The notes under the pieces: generated by a model | Told to the model about the DNA's origin: nothing | Database searches by the model: none | What the model saw: only the letters and a program-made list of their open reading frames with translations | Assembly (NCBI RefSeq): GCF_009914755.1 | Contig: NC_060927.1 | DNA length: 64,000 nt | Source of the DNA: the human T2T-CHM13v2.0 reference genome, Homo sapiens | Reading direction: 5' to 3' (one strand) | Position numbers and translations under genes: made by a program | In this document: positions 26,126 through 45,979 of the stretch, in pieces | Position numbering within the stretch: the stretch's first letter is position 1 | How the letters are laid out: each line of letters begins with the position of its first letter

Positions 26126-26841
26126 TAATTCTAATGTGCACTTGCCATCTCTACTTAGAGAAAGAAAAGGTTAATAACTACCCAGTTATATAAAAACACT
26201 TCAGAAAAATTGTATGTGTAAAGACAATTCCTACTATTCAGTGTATTTTTCTATAAATGCAAAACCAACATGACTAATGGCCAATGTAATATCTACTTTC
26301 ACATTGTGTTTGTTATAAAAAATAAAAAATATAAAGGATAAGCATTAGATCACTGCTCCTCTTGATCACTGTACCAAAATTGATCCTGAGAAATGTGAAC
26401 TGTTTTAAAGGCTTTTAAGTACCTTTTCTTGTGTTATCTAAGGCCTAGAACCTATTTTGTTCTTTAACAGCTCTTCACTATTCCACCGTCCATCGAGTAA
26501 CTATTGGGCACAATACTTTCTTATCCAGTCATCTTAAGTGGGACAGTAACAAGCCTACACACTCTCAATAGTACATAAGGTGATATCATCCCTTCAGAGG
26601 AATCTCATAATATTAACCACACCTGTGGCCTCCTCTCCACAATTGTTGCTTCTCACAATATTTGTGAAAAATAATAAGCCACATGTCACACAACTGAGGA
26701 AAGGTCATGATGTAATATTCAGTTGCCATTAAAAAGGATCAATATGGACTGCACAGATCCAGGGAAATCTATATAAATGAAAAATTTTTTTAAACCTCCA
26801 ATACTATATGCATGCTGACAAATTAATAAAGATGATTATAA

Positions 26842-27105
<264 letters not shown>

Positions 27106-27183
27106 TAGCCAGGTTGGTCTCGAACTCCTGATCTCATGATCTGCCCACCCTGGCCTCCCAAAGTGCTAGGATTACAGGCGTAA

Positions 27184-27315
<132 letters not shown>

Positions 27316-27789
27316 TAGCCTCCCCAGTAACTGGGATTACAGGTGCATGCCACCATGCTTGGCTAATTTTTGTATTTTTAGTAGAGATGGGGTTTCATCA
27401 TGTTGGCCAGACTGGTCTCGAACTCCTGACCTCATGATCTGCCCACCTTGGCCTCCCAAAGTTCTGGGATTACAGATGTGAGCCACCGCACCCGGCCCTT
27501 CAAATACATTATCTTATTTGAGCTTCAAAACGACCCTATGAGGTAAGTACTATTACCTCAATTTTCCAAAAAGGAAACTTACTTAAAAAGCTTAGCAATC
27601 TACCCAAGGTTATGATGCTACCAGACAGTCTAACTCGAGAGCACTTTTATCTTCTGTATTAGATGACACAGGACATGCCTAACAACATTATTTTGAGAAG
27701 GAGTACCATTCTGAGATTTATGCACAAATGCAGGTGACATCCTCCATCCCCTTAACCTCTCCTTCCTATGTAGAAGAACTTTCATTAGA

Positions 27790-27957
27790 GCTGTGATTCT
27801 CTACCCTGGTTGTACAATTAAACCACCCAAGAAGCGTTCATGGAAATACCACCCCAGACAAAGTGAATCTAAATCTCTGGATGTGGATGCCAGACATGCG
27901 TATTTTTTAGAAGCTCCTCAGATGATTCTGATGCACAGAGAAGGCTGAGAACTACTG
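27790..27957. mobile_element. MER5A-like hAT-Charlie
   Basis: aagctcctcagatgattctgatgcacag...tgagaactactg terminus. Confidence 0.65.
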
Positions 27958-30430
27958 AACTACTGGCTATTCTTATCCTCACCCACCCCTCCCCACAAGA
28001 GAGAATCTGGGAGAAAAAACTAGGTAGGCCTGCCCTCAGCTAAGAGACATCTGGGCTCTCTTTTCTCTTGATCTGCTTTTGCCTTTAGAGAGGGGGTACA
28101 TTCCCATCTGCTACTATGAGGGACATCTGAAGTTACTGAGTTGTCAATTTCTAGCTGTGGGTAATACTGAATCAGGAATAAAGACAGGAAGGAGCAAGCT
28201 GGCACTCTTAGTTCTGTGTGTCTTACTCCTCTGTCTGCCTCTCAGAGGGGTTATTAGACAGGAAAAAGTAAGAACGCCATTTATTACCATCTACCCACAC
28301 TATAAGGGAAAAAAGGTATTCTGCTAATTTTAAGAAGCTTGGAAATGACATTTGCATTAGGTACTCTGTAAACCTAGGCACTCCAAAAGACAGCAGGTTC
28401 ATTCACAAAAGGTACTTAGAATTGGTGTATTGAGGGTCCCACTAAGAATAACACAATTTTGACCTAGTTTCTTTTGCATAATATCTTGGCATTATAAGCA
28501 TTTATTACAAAAATTTAAAGTAATTTATTACATAGGCCTCAAGTTGGGGACCCACTCTGTAGCGGCAGTTAATGTACCACCAGAAACGCTTCTCAAAGAT
28601 AAATTCTTAGTTACGTTCAAAAGTTTAGATCAACTACTAAGTTGAAAATGTATTTTGATGTTCACAAAATAATGATTACTACTGACTAATGACCAGGAGC
28701 TACTATTTACTGTGTGCCTAATCACATGAGAAACAATTTCTATCAATATGTACCTAAGCACTTGGAGCTGCTAACTTGATCCTCTCTCTTTCTAGTCAAG
28801 GCTACATACAAAATTTAAGCTGGCAACTCAAATTACCTACTGTCTCCTCCTTATTTTATATATTAAGAGAATGGGGTCCTGAAAATACAACTGAAGTTTT
28901 CCAAAGTCCCACAACATTGAAAGCTGAGAAGGAAGCAGCCACGCGAGGATAACTTTGACATTTCTTAAGATCATTCTGTCTTGTGAATAATAGTATTAGT
29001 CTCAGTGATACTTGAGTCTGTCTGGAATAATGTCACATCCATAGGCCACAGAGTCTGTTACAGAAAATGTTTAAATTGGCTTCATTCATGTTAACCCTTA
29101 ATGTAAGATCACCTTACTTTGTTAAATATTCCACTCAAGAGACTGGCATACTATAACAGAAGATTTCAAAATGATAATTATATGATCTGCCAAACAAGGG
29201 AGAATAGAATAAGGACATTTTTCAGATCTATAAGGTCTCAAAATGTTATTTACTGGAAGAGAATACTGAAGACAATACTGTGGATGTTCTAAGATTTAAT
29301 ATTGTGTGTGTATATGTGTGTATAGCGATGGGGTCTTGCTCTGTTGCCCAGGCTGGTCTCAAACTCCTGGCCTCAAGTGATCCTCCTGTCTTAGCCTCCC
29401 GAAGTGCTGGAAGCCATCATGTCCAGTGCAGTGGTGTGATCATAGCTCACTGCACCCTCAAACTCCCATGCTCAAGGGATGCTTTGATCTTCAGCTTCCC
29501 AAGTAGCTGGCCTACAGGTGCGTGCCACTATGCCTGGCAGGTTTGATATTCTGTAAGTTAGGTTCTAGGACTGCTCTTGCCCTCAGACAGACCTAAAAGA
29601 ATCTGCTTCCACACTCCATCTGATACTTTTTACATATTGTCCTCTTATTTCTTTAGTGTCTAGGTGCAAACCTCAACTAACACACAATTCATACACACTC
29701 AAGCTATAATTATTATGGGCCCATACTGTCTTATTCTTTATTGTATCTCTAGCACCAAGAACAGTGTCTGGCACATAATCAACACTCAATTCCTTTCTGA
29801 ATGGACCAACAAGTGAAATTCTACTTCTAATTTATAGAAATCACCTACACAGTGCTACATAAACTCAAAATACTGCATATACCCTACGCTTTTATCCCTG
29901 GAAAGAACTACTGTTTAAAGGCCTCACCTACAGCCCAAAACATTGTGTTTCCAGGGTCAGAGTGATAAATATACATTTGAAATTCAGGAAACAGGCTAAA
30001 GCAAAAGATCACAATTTGGGGAAATTTAAGAAACAATAACATATAGTGATACTGCTGGAGATTGCCCAGACACAAAACATACAGAAAAAAAAAAACAAAT
30101 AAAAGTAAAAGGTAGAAAGTCTTTAACTCGAAATAGTATGTTCCATATAGTATGTTTTCTATTAATAAACACTTGAACAAGTTACCTACTACTACCAGGT
30201 CACATGGCTTACTTTACAACGTTTTCTTATGACAGGCTCAAAAGGTACTCATTGGAAGCAATGCAGCACTTCATTAATACATCCCAAATAAACTCTAAAA
30301 ATATACTGTAGAAACAGGATTAAAACAAAATTATTAAATAATTTATAAGAAATCTTTTTCTGACAAGAAAAAGGTTACCACTGGTTTAGACTGTTCCTGA
30401 GCTAAACAACACTTATAAGAACAAAATAAT

Positions 30431-31570
<1,140 letters not shown>

Positions 31571-33258
31571 TACTGTGAGTAAACTGTCACTTTCATAGCT
31601 AAAAGAACAGACAAAACGCAGTAGGAATGGATAAAAAGAAAGTAGAAAAGCAAAGCTATGGAGCCTAGAAGTTCAGGTGCCAACTTCAGGTAAAAGGCAT
31701 TCTAGGAAAGAAGAAAATATTTTACAAAATTAAGCAGATAAATTTTCCAGAATTAAAGAAATATGAAATACTACTGAGCAATAAGGCTAAGAGGGCCAAA
31801 GGGAAAACAGAAGGATTACGACCTAGCAAGTCTGCACCTGAGTAGAGGGGAAGCGCAAGTAGGTCAAAGAGATTTGATTAGAAGATACTATACATGTCTG
31901 GAGGGTTTCATAAAAATCACATACATGGGTGGGAAAGAGGAAGAAAAGAGTGAGAGGGAGAAGAGGAAAAGGGGAATGAAATAATTTTGTTTATGCTTTT
32001 AAACCCCTGAAGAAACACTCTAACTTCGAATAGCAGGGCTCCGAAGAAATGAAAGGTAACAAGATCTGTGCAGTTTTCAGCCACTAAGAAAAATGGGTGA
32101 AGAATATGAACAAAGTTCTTAAAGTAGGAAATACAAACAGAAAGATGTTCAATACCTAATACATATGAGAAAAATTAAATCAAAACTGCAATATTCCATT
32201 TTTGCCTATCAGTCTGACCAAGATAAAACTTGACAGTACTTGTGCTGGCCAGGGGTGGTGAAATTCTCATTCTTACGTATATACACTGCCAATGAGAGCT
32301 GAATTGATATAATAACTATGAAGAGCAATTTGGCAATGCTTATCAAAATTACAACACAGACTGTAGCTCAACAACACTAATTTTTAGTAACTTAGCCAAC
32401 ATGCATATTCCTACGTGTGAATGTGTGCAATGACTTAGGTGAAAATTACTTGCTGCTAAGGCAAAGAAAGCAATCAACCTAAATGGCTATGAGAATGATT
32501 AAATAAATTATGGCATACCTATACAGTAAAATAATATGCAGTTCTGAAAAATAAATTCTTTATAAATTGATATCAAGTAATCTTCACATTCTATTAAAAA
32601 GGAGCTGAATAATGCTGCCAATTTTATTTTAAAAAATAAAATATATGCATAATATGCATAAATTATCTCTGGAAAGCTACACAAGAAACTGCTTGATTGC
32701 CTCAAGGAAATCAGATGGAAGCCAAGGGTAGGGAGGAAACATTTCACTGTATGTCTTTCATATTTTGCCTCATGTGCAGAAATAGCCTGTTTTTAAAACT
32801 AAAAAAGAAGAAGAAAAGATAAAATACCTCAGAAAAAGTCCTAGGCATAGTACCAAAGACTCTTGTGCATTATGGGTGTATTCTTGGTAAAGACCATAGC
32901 TACTCACAAGGCAACTTGTAAATGTTGTTCTTCAGTAAGTGCCATACCTAGAAAGTCCTCCTAGTTCACTGCCTCTATTTAAACTTGGTCCCCCAACCAC
33001 CTTCTTTTCTAGCCTTACCCACCCTTCACTACAAAGCTAAGAGTAGGAGCCCTCCTGATACCCAAATCATCTAGAAACACTTTTTGAACCACAGTTCATT
33101 CCTTTCTCAACCCAGATATATACACGCCCCTGTTAGAGAAATTGCTTATATTTATGGACCCTCACCCCAGAAATGCTATAGTCTTACATGTAATTTTAGA
33201 GGTTCTAAACATCTCCTGAAGTTCAATTATGGATCACAGATTAAAAATCTCTGCAGTA

Positions 33259-33989
<731 letters not shown>

Positions 33990-35459
33990 GAAGAATCTAA
34001 AAAGTATTTGCCAAAGAAACACAATTGCATGAACTGCCTAGAAAAGACAGAGAAATAGTTATTTTTTGGACCAGAAAAGTGAGTGGAAGAAGGCAGTATT
34101 TAAATCAGAAGACATAAGTCAATTGTCAGCTGTCACTTAAAAGCTAAGTTACAACCTCATGGGCCTGTTTGATTCCACTTTACAGCTGATAAAAACACCA
34201 CCACTTAACTTCACAGGGTTGAAAAGATAACAATGTGCTTATGAAAATATTTTCTGACCATCTATCAAATAAAAAATATGTTCTAGGGATTCGAGAAGCA
34301 GTATGAAAGAAAGTATGAAGTTACCACAGAAAAAGATGGACTTTCTTCATATTTTCATTCACATATTTTTGAAATGTCAAACTACATTACCAAGCTCTTC
34401 ACAGGACACTGGGAAGACCCAAGTGACCAAGACATAAGCAGTCTCTTCCTTCACTCAATGTACCACTATAAAATGTTATCTGCCTTTGATTGGAAAAGAT
34501 GTTGTGAGAGCCTATACAAAGGGCAAAACAAACACTCTATCTTGGAGAAACAGGAAAGACTTTCCGGGGGGGAAAAGGAAGAAATTTAAATGAGAAGAGA
34601 CATCCAAAACAAAAGAGTTTTCAGGAATGAATGTATGTGTGTGAATATTAGCAGCAGAGGTCTACTGCCTGTCTACAATGGCTTGAGAGGAGACTGCAGA
34701 AATAAATGGAAACCAGACCATGGCCAGGCATGCAAGCCACGTTAAGAAAAATGAACTTAATTTCAACAGTGTAATGGTGAGCCATTTAAAAATTTTAAAT
34801 AGGAAACTGAGATGAAGGATTTATATTTCCGAAAGATTGCTCTAGCTACTGAATGTAGCACAGATTATAGAGGGCACATAGTAGTCACTCACTATTAGTA
34901 AGAAGTAATTTATAATAACCATTACTGCCAAGATGCCACAATAAAAGTAACTCTTACTACAAAGATTAAAAAATTGTCCATGCCTTTGAAGAAAGCAATT
35001 CCATGGTCTAGTGAGGGGAAACAAGCATCTACACAAGAAGTTTTAGTAATCGGTTAAGATAATTACAGTTGTATAGAAGTACAGAAAAGGACAAAGCATG
35101 AACTGCAACTCATTCAAAAGAAAAAAAAGTATTCCAAGTAAGGAGAACAGTATGTTCAAGGACATGAAGAGGTGAATATGTATGAGAAGACTGATGTGCC
35201 TCATGCACTGAGTGTGTAAAGAGAAACTGCCTGCTAGGCAAGAAGTTTAGACAGATACGGAATTACTTTCTCTATCATACACTAAAGGCTTTGTTCTTAG
35301 AGTAATGGAGTCTCTGAGATGTTACTAGAGGTTCCTGTTAATCACATCTATGTTTTTAAAATACTGTAGCATAATGAAGGGTTACATGAAAGGGGAAAAG
35401 AATGAGAGCAAGAAGGATAAATGTTGTAAAAGTGTAAGTAAGAAATGGCAGGAGCCTGA

Positions 35460-37600
<2,141 letters not shown>

Positions 37601-37991
37601 AAGTATTAAGAAGGAAAATGTATGTGTTTTCATTATGGTTACTATAAGACTTAAATTATACTGCCTACATCTATACTAAAACAGTCTCAAGTTTCTGACT
37701 TGGTCACAGTCCTAAGGGAATAACAATATTCCTTAATGATCACTTCTAGCTTGGAAATTCTATAATGTATACACCCTCCCACCTCTCAAGATAGTTGTAC
37801 AACCAAATCACTTCCTAAACAGCATCAAGACTTTTTTAAAAAAACTAATTTCATGGGCAGCAATAGAAACATGATCATTATGTCTTTAGGGAAACAGAAT
37901 TAAGAGCTCACCCAAAAGAGTAAAGTGAAAATGACTTCATTCAAAACCAGAATGTTTAGAGCAGCCAGATTCTGCACTTTATCTTTTAGAT

Positions 37992-38201
37992 CAGATGTTG
38001 GCAAACTTTTTCTGTAAAGGACAAGATAGTAAATATTTTAGGCTTTGTGGGCCATCCAGTCTTTCTCACAACTACTCAACTCTACCACTGAAGTACAAAA
38101 GCAGCCACAGATGATAGTACATAAATGAATGAACATGGCTGTGTTTCAAAGAAAATTTTATTTACAAAAACAGACAGTGGGGCAGATTTGGCCAACCCTT
38201 G
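37992..38201 (-). mobile_element. MER58A-like MITE, near full length
   Basis: cagatgttggcaaac...ttggccaacccttg inverted ends; reverse complement of 259-360. Confidence 0.8.
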
Positions 38202-41200
38202 ATTTAGATGAAAGTATTTGGTTAAAAAATGGACCAATAAATTTTAGACCATTTTTGCCTTCTACCAAACGAGACATTTATTTAAAAATTTCAATGTTGC
38301 TGTAGCTAAAACAGCATTCTTTAGGGGCAATTCTAATTTTGTTAAAGGATAAGTAATATTAATCCTTATGGATACAGAATAATCTTACTCTAGTAAGAAT
38401 TCAAAAATTATCACAGAAATCCAGGAAACATAATTTCATTTTCAAATGTTGCACAGCAGATTTCACATACAATATTAGCGAGGGAGTGAAATTCCAAACA
38501 GTGACTCAAAACTTCTCAGTTTAGGCAACTCTATGTTTTATTTTAACTTTTCATAGAGAGTTTTAATACATAGCTTTCTAGGGAAATACTTGATTTGCTG
38601 AATTAAAGATAATGTCTTGAGATAAAGATGAAATAAGAGAAGAATAAGAATAGTCATTAGGAAGAGTTCAACTTATCACATGTAGGTAATTTTGTCCCTA
38701 AATCATCTAAATCCAGATGCAAATGGAAATACCCAGACTTCATTCTAAGGAGAAATGCACATCCTATAATCTAAGTGTTTATAAGAGAGGCTCTGGAATC
38801 ACTAACCATTACAATCTCTCGGTGTTTAATGGCAAATGAAATTGCCAAGTTCACAGGAACCTTACCTCCTCTTCTTATGATCCAAATGAATGAAGATATT
38901 CCAGTCAAGTTACACTTAGTCACCACTGGTAACCAGCTGTTTTGCCCTATGAAGTCTAGGGTATATTTTCAGCATGAAGGGTGATATGCAACAATTTCTT
39001 CTGCAAACAGAAATATATGCACATATCCCTGCTGAAAATGTAGCCTAGTAAATTTTCACATGAAAATGAATACATGCTCACAAGTGGCAATGTGCTAGGT
39101 GATGTTTCTGGTTGAGGTCTACTTTAGGAGTCAAAATGTGTAAGCCTTGTGGAGTCAAGGCAGTGGTCCTGTGTATATAGGTATAGAAAAAGTAGCTCAC
39201 TTAATCCTTTCTCGCCAGGAGTAGGGATTTTCCCGGAACGACATCCATTGTCGGCAATGGACGCACCAAAATAACGCCGGCGCCAGTGAGTTAACCACCT
39301 CTGTCCTCTTTTCACCTATTATATTTTTCATGCATCATCCAACTTCCCAACCATCTTCCTGTTTCTTCACAGAATGCACGCTAGGTTCTCGTTTTTCTTC
39401 AGCACGAAGTTGGAAATGGAGTTGAGAAAAGGAGACACATGGTCAGCTGGTGATGTTAACAAGCTCCTTGCTGCCCTGAGAAGCTAGATGGAAATGGTTC
39501 AAGTTACAAGGGGGATCATCATCAGATCTGGGAGGACAAAGAGTAATTCATGAAGCTTCATTCCCTTCCCTCCCACCCTCTTTCATTTACTGATGATTCC
39601 TATAGTCTGCCATCACAGCAAAACCAAGATTAAGGAATCTGAAGCAATCCCTTTCTGTTCTTCACTCCATCCAGTGTGTAGAAAAGCCAAGCGGAACACA
39701 TGTCCACCAATGTTATGGTGGCCCCCGGTTGGCTGGGGAGACTTGAAATGGCCATAACCACATAACCACAATCTTAGACCAATGCTTTTTAGTACGATCT
39801 TGGAATTAAAGATCAGCAACTAACACAGTGTTTGACAATAGGTGCCTAATAAAGGTTGGTTGAATAAGACATTTTCTTTTCAGCCAATGTCTACTCGAAC
39901 ACATAGGTGGAAGTCAGACAGAAGTAGTTAACTCTTTCAATGCCGGGATCGTATGGATATACAGTAATCACATCATGTCAATGTGTTTCTCTAAAACATG
40001 TTCAAATTATGGATTCCTGATTTCAGACTTCTGGTTAAATGCTATCTATGTTTGTCTGGTTTTTTTAAGAACCACCATAATCAGAGTTTTGAAAACAGAG
40101 CCATAGTAAATGTTAATTAGAATGATGGATGAATTAAGAACCCCAGCACCAATGTATAACAAAACATCACAGTTCACAGTCAAGTAAAAACATTTCTCAG
40201 TAATACAATTCTAGATGGGTAATGATTCCAGAGCAAACTAAAGTTTGAAGAAGAGAGGAGAATTTTACTTAACGGCTCCCTTGACACTAAGAATCAGGAA
40301 AAATCCAAAGTATGAAGGATAAGAAGGATATATTTTAAGTACAAATAAAGTTTTAAACCTCAAATCAAGAGGATCATCAAGCTACATATAAAATTGCTTT
40401 GATGTTTCAGATAGGAGTGGGGAAGATAAGAAGAAGGGGAAGAAATAATTTTGTAGGACTCAAATGTGTGTCCAGAGTGTGAGTTTAAATTACCATGGTT
40501 ACATCTAATTGGGTTAAGTATATCCTAGAGAGTAATTCATACCATCACAATTACAGAAACCCACTATCATACGAAGAAACAAGAATATTTACTTTTTCCA
40601 GATTTTAAGATAGCTTTACAATGATTACTTCTTAGCAGTTTTAAAAAATAACATCAACCAGAGACTTCTCCGGCAAAAGTAAACTACTGGTCTACAACCC
40701 TACTTATTCTTCCTTCCATAAAAGTACAGCTATAAAGGCCTTTTCTGTGTCCATTTGTGTACTTGTCTTCATCTCCACCTTCTTAACTGAGCTTCTTTAC
40801 AGGCTCCACTAGCAGCCTCCAAACACAAGAGGGACTCCTTTTAGGGACTCCTGTGCTGTCACAAAGCAGGCCTTAAATAAAAATCCATCAAGTGACTATC
40901 CCAGCACTTCTTTCAATTAACTGCAATTCTGATTCCTGCAGTTCACATACTGACTTCATAAGTAAATTTACTACGAACTCTTCCTTTCATATTTAGAAAA
41001 AGGCCTGATTTCCTAAGACATAATAAGGCTGACTTTATACTGAATTGTAAGTGATGAAAGTAACATGAGTAAGAGCTCAAATGGGTAAACAAAAGCTGAA
41101 ACCACAACATACTTAAAGAAGGGTCTCAACACAGCAAATGAGGAAGCATAGTACACAACCACCAACTACTCATTTTGCTCAGTGTTTAAGGCCAGTTTCA

Positions 41201-42119
41201 TTGGGTCAAATCACAGGATCTAATGGAGTGAGCTTTGTCATCATAATTAGGGGCAGGGAGGATTCAGGTGTTCATCTTGCTGCAAAGAGTCAGGATTGCT
41301 GGTTTATTTGGTTGCTTCATCTCCGGCAGAAGAAAGGAGGAACAGAAAAATAGAAGCTAGTTAAGTAACCTGTTCCCACAGGGTCCTCAAGACGTGGATC
41401 CCAAGTCCAGATCACTTACAAATGAAATGTACCACACCTCTCCTAGGTTTATCCTGTTATTCATTCTTGTGTTTATCCAAGACTCAGTCTGGGTTTTCTG
41501 CAAAGCAAACCCTGCACATCTTGCTACATTCTTCAACAAGAGATTATGTATGTAATAGGCATAAGAGTTCCAGATCTATTTTTCCTCTTTTGTCCAAAGA
41601 AATAGGCATTTAAAAGCAGGCCCATTTCAGAAACAATAATAGAAGTGAATACGAACTAGTTCCATAAAGTTGTTTTTCTAAAATAAAAATTTACATTCAA
41701 TCATTTTTAGTAAGCTGCTAAATTATCTTAGTTTTCCAATTATTTTTAATTTTCCATTAATACAACTGATTTCCAATAAATTTAAACACTAATTTTTTCT
41801 CATTACAAATAGAATCCTAAGTTTGCTCCTCAAAGGATTTTTGTTTTTAATGTGAAGAGCACTTAAATGACTGAACTCACTATTGTGATGTACTTTTCTA
41901 AGTGACAGAAAAGAAGACATTTGTATATTAGTTTGGCTAATATGACTCTTGCCACGGTTTAGAGGATGTTTGAGACACTTATAAATAAAACAGTAAGAGA
42001 GACAGTATTCCATTTTTCAGAAATATGCATGGCTAAAAAAAGTAGTTAATTTTGCTTAGGTTTGTAGAACTCTAAACCTGAGTAATTCAAGTTGAAATGA
42101 ACAAAAGATGCTTCCTTAC

Positions 42120-43430
<1,311 letters not shown>

Positions 43431-44593
43431 TACAGTTGACTTTTTCAATTTTTGGATGGGACTCAGATTATTTCTGCAAGAGTAGTGCAGTTTTGCTACT
43501 GCTTTATTAAGAACTACATCTCTGTAAACACAAGCATATTTAAAAATCATAATATTGTTTTCCTTAAGAAAGAAAAACTTTTAATAAGACTGATCAGCAA
43601 GAATCACAACATCAAATAGGACTGATTAATATTCTCTACCAGTAGTTCCTAAACCTGGGTAGCTTTTTAAACATATACACTACTGGACCAATCCTGGGTA
43701 TCTTTTCTTAAAAAGTTTACCAAGTGTCTGTGATATACACTTAGCAGCTATGTAACAACATATTTAAATGATGTCTGTCATACACACAAAAATGCAGACA
43801 TCTCTTCAGCTTTTGATAAACAGCTGTCTAGCAAAGAGAGATCCCCTCCTCATTCTTAGACAACCTCCCCCATTTTGAAATCCAAGAATTTTTTCTGAAG
43901 TATTCCTCAATGTAGTTCCACAGAAACCCCAAGGCTTCCTCAATTTCCTCAAGCCAAATCTCCTGGGAGAAGGACAGAGGCAAGAACAAGTACTTATCTG
44001 CCCATTCCTTTTTGTTTGTTTTTAAAAGTGTTTTATTAAATAAAAGACTCTGGGATTATATTACAAATTAGAAAGTTAGAAAATTTTATTAATTTCATAG
44101 AAAGGTAAAGACATCGTAACTCCACTAATAATGCTGCCAATGAACCTTTACTTAGATCTTTTAAAACACTTATTTAAAAGATTCCTCAAAATGTTCATAC
44201 TCTTGTTATGCAGAATTCAGATCTTTACCAATTCTTTAGACCCCACAGTTCAAATTTTATATGACTTCCCATCTTTTTAAAACTCTGGTTTTAACAACAA
44301 ACTGGATCTTTCACTTAACTATGTTGTTGTTATTATATCTTGCTCTTGTAGTTCCCTGCTATGTAGTACCAACTTTAAAAAGATACTATAGGAAAACCAT
44401 GGGACAAACTACTAACAAGGTGTATGTACGGTTAGATACGTTAAAGGAATGATACTGAGATGAAAAAATTATTTGATTATTTAATACCAATGATACAGTG
44501 CTAAATTCATAATTACTGATATTATCACATATCCACAACCGAGGCAATCAATATAACAGTTTTAAGAAACAAGCAAGCTAAATGTGAACTGAC

Positions 44594-44713
44594 CTCTTCC
44601 TGAAGCTTCTGGTTACTTTCCCGGCCGTCACCTAGCTCTGCCATCCAGATCCACAACAAAGACAGCCCATGACGTTCCAGAAAGGACTTCAGGCAGGACT
44701 GTGAGTGTGTGTT
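44594..44713 (-). CDS. SETD2: SETD2 exon 11 (120 nt, phase 0-0): NTHSQSCLKSFLERHGLSLLWIWMAELGDGRESNQKLQEE
   Basis: Manual translation (not in ORF track); acceptor cccttcccccatgaaag|AAC, donor GAG|gtcagt. Confidence 0.96.
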
Positions 44714-45673
44714 CTTTCATGGGGGAAGGGAGACACGATGCAGAGCATTGGGAGGCAATATCAGAATATTACAAAGAGCCCGAGGAGAGTTCATGTATAC
44801 GTTACACATTATAGGGTTCACTTACATTCACAAAAAAAACCTAGAAACTCTGTTTTCATTAGCCTAAATAGAACTCTACAACAAATGCTTTAAACAGATT
44901 ATAATCTTCTCTGATACACAAAATACAGCCAGTCAACTGGGATTTTACTAACGTAGAAAATTATATGAATATTAATAGGTCATTTATAATGAAAATTCTG
45001 AAGAACTAAGAAAAAATTGCATCTAACTTTTTAAATAAAGCTAAAACCATAAAAATTAGTCCTTAAATAATTCTTTCTTCTCTCCCTTTCAGATGATTGT
45101 TGAAAAGACCTCTTTTTCCTGTTAGTTTTTTTTTTTTAATCATCATGGTTTTTTTACACTGTGGCTTACAACTACAATCTCAGCACTTTCGAAGGTGGAA
45201 GAGGGAGGGACTGGTTGAGGCCAGGAGTTCAAAACCAGCCTGGGCAAAATAGCAAGACCCTTATCTCTACAAAAATATAAATATAAAAATTAGCTGGATG
45301 TGGTGGTGTGTGCCTGTAGTCCTAGATACTCAGGCAACTGAGGCAGGAGGATCACTTGAGCCCAGGAGTTCCAAGGCTGCAGTAAGCTATGATTGCACAA
45401 CTGCGTTCCAGCCTGGGCAACAAAGCAAGACCCTAAAAAAAAAAAAAAATCATTTTGTGTTATCTAACATCTTGTGGCATACTTAATAAACTGGTGTAAA
45501 AAAGGGTACCGTTAAAATTTTGTGCTTGGAGATCACGTAGTACAAATGGCTTTGGGATGCTAGTAACTGGAGGGTAAAAGGCTATGGCAAGTGTGATGAA
45601 TTATTACAAAAAAAAAAAAAAAGCCACCACATTCTTTGAATATAGACAGAAAGCAAACCAGGTCTAATAATGC

Positions 45674-45979
45674 CATGGTCCCCAACCTTTCTGGCACCAG
45701 GAACCAGTTTCAGGGAAGATAATTTTTCAACAAACTGGGTGGGGGATGGATTCAGGATGAAACTGTTCCACCTCAAATCATCAGGCATTAGATTCTCATA
45801 AGGAGTGTACAACCTAGATCTCTCGCATGTGCAGTTCACAATAGGGTTCGTGCTCCTATGAGAATCGAATGCCGCTGCTACTCTGACAGCAGGTGGAGCT
45901 CAGGCAGTAATGCTCACTCACCTCCTCCTGTGTGGCCCCGTTCCTAATCAGCCCATGGCCTGGGGATTGGGGATCCCTG
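45674..45979 (+). mobile_element. MER1B-like hAT-Charlie
   Basis: catggtccccaacctttctggcaccagg...ttggggatccctg termini; internal ttagattctcataaggag. Confidence 0.85.

Noticed and set aside
39124-39315. 63-aa minus-strand ORF as a stand-alone gene
   Set aside because: Starts at GTG with no promoter context and runs through a donor site; treated as part of the cryptic-exon candidate
39443-39524. Possible intronic box C/D snoRNA (ATGATGA...CTGA on the sense strand)
   Set aside because: No terminal stem and no recognisable guide sequence; such short boxes occur by chance
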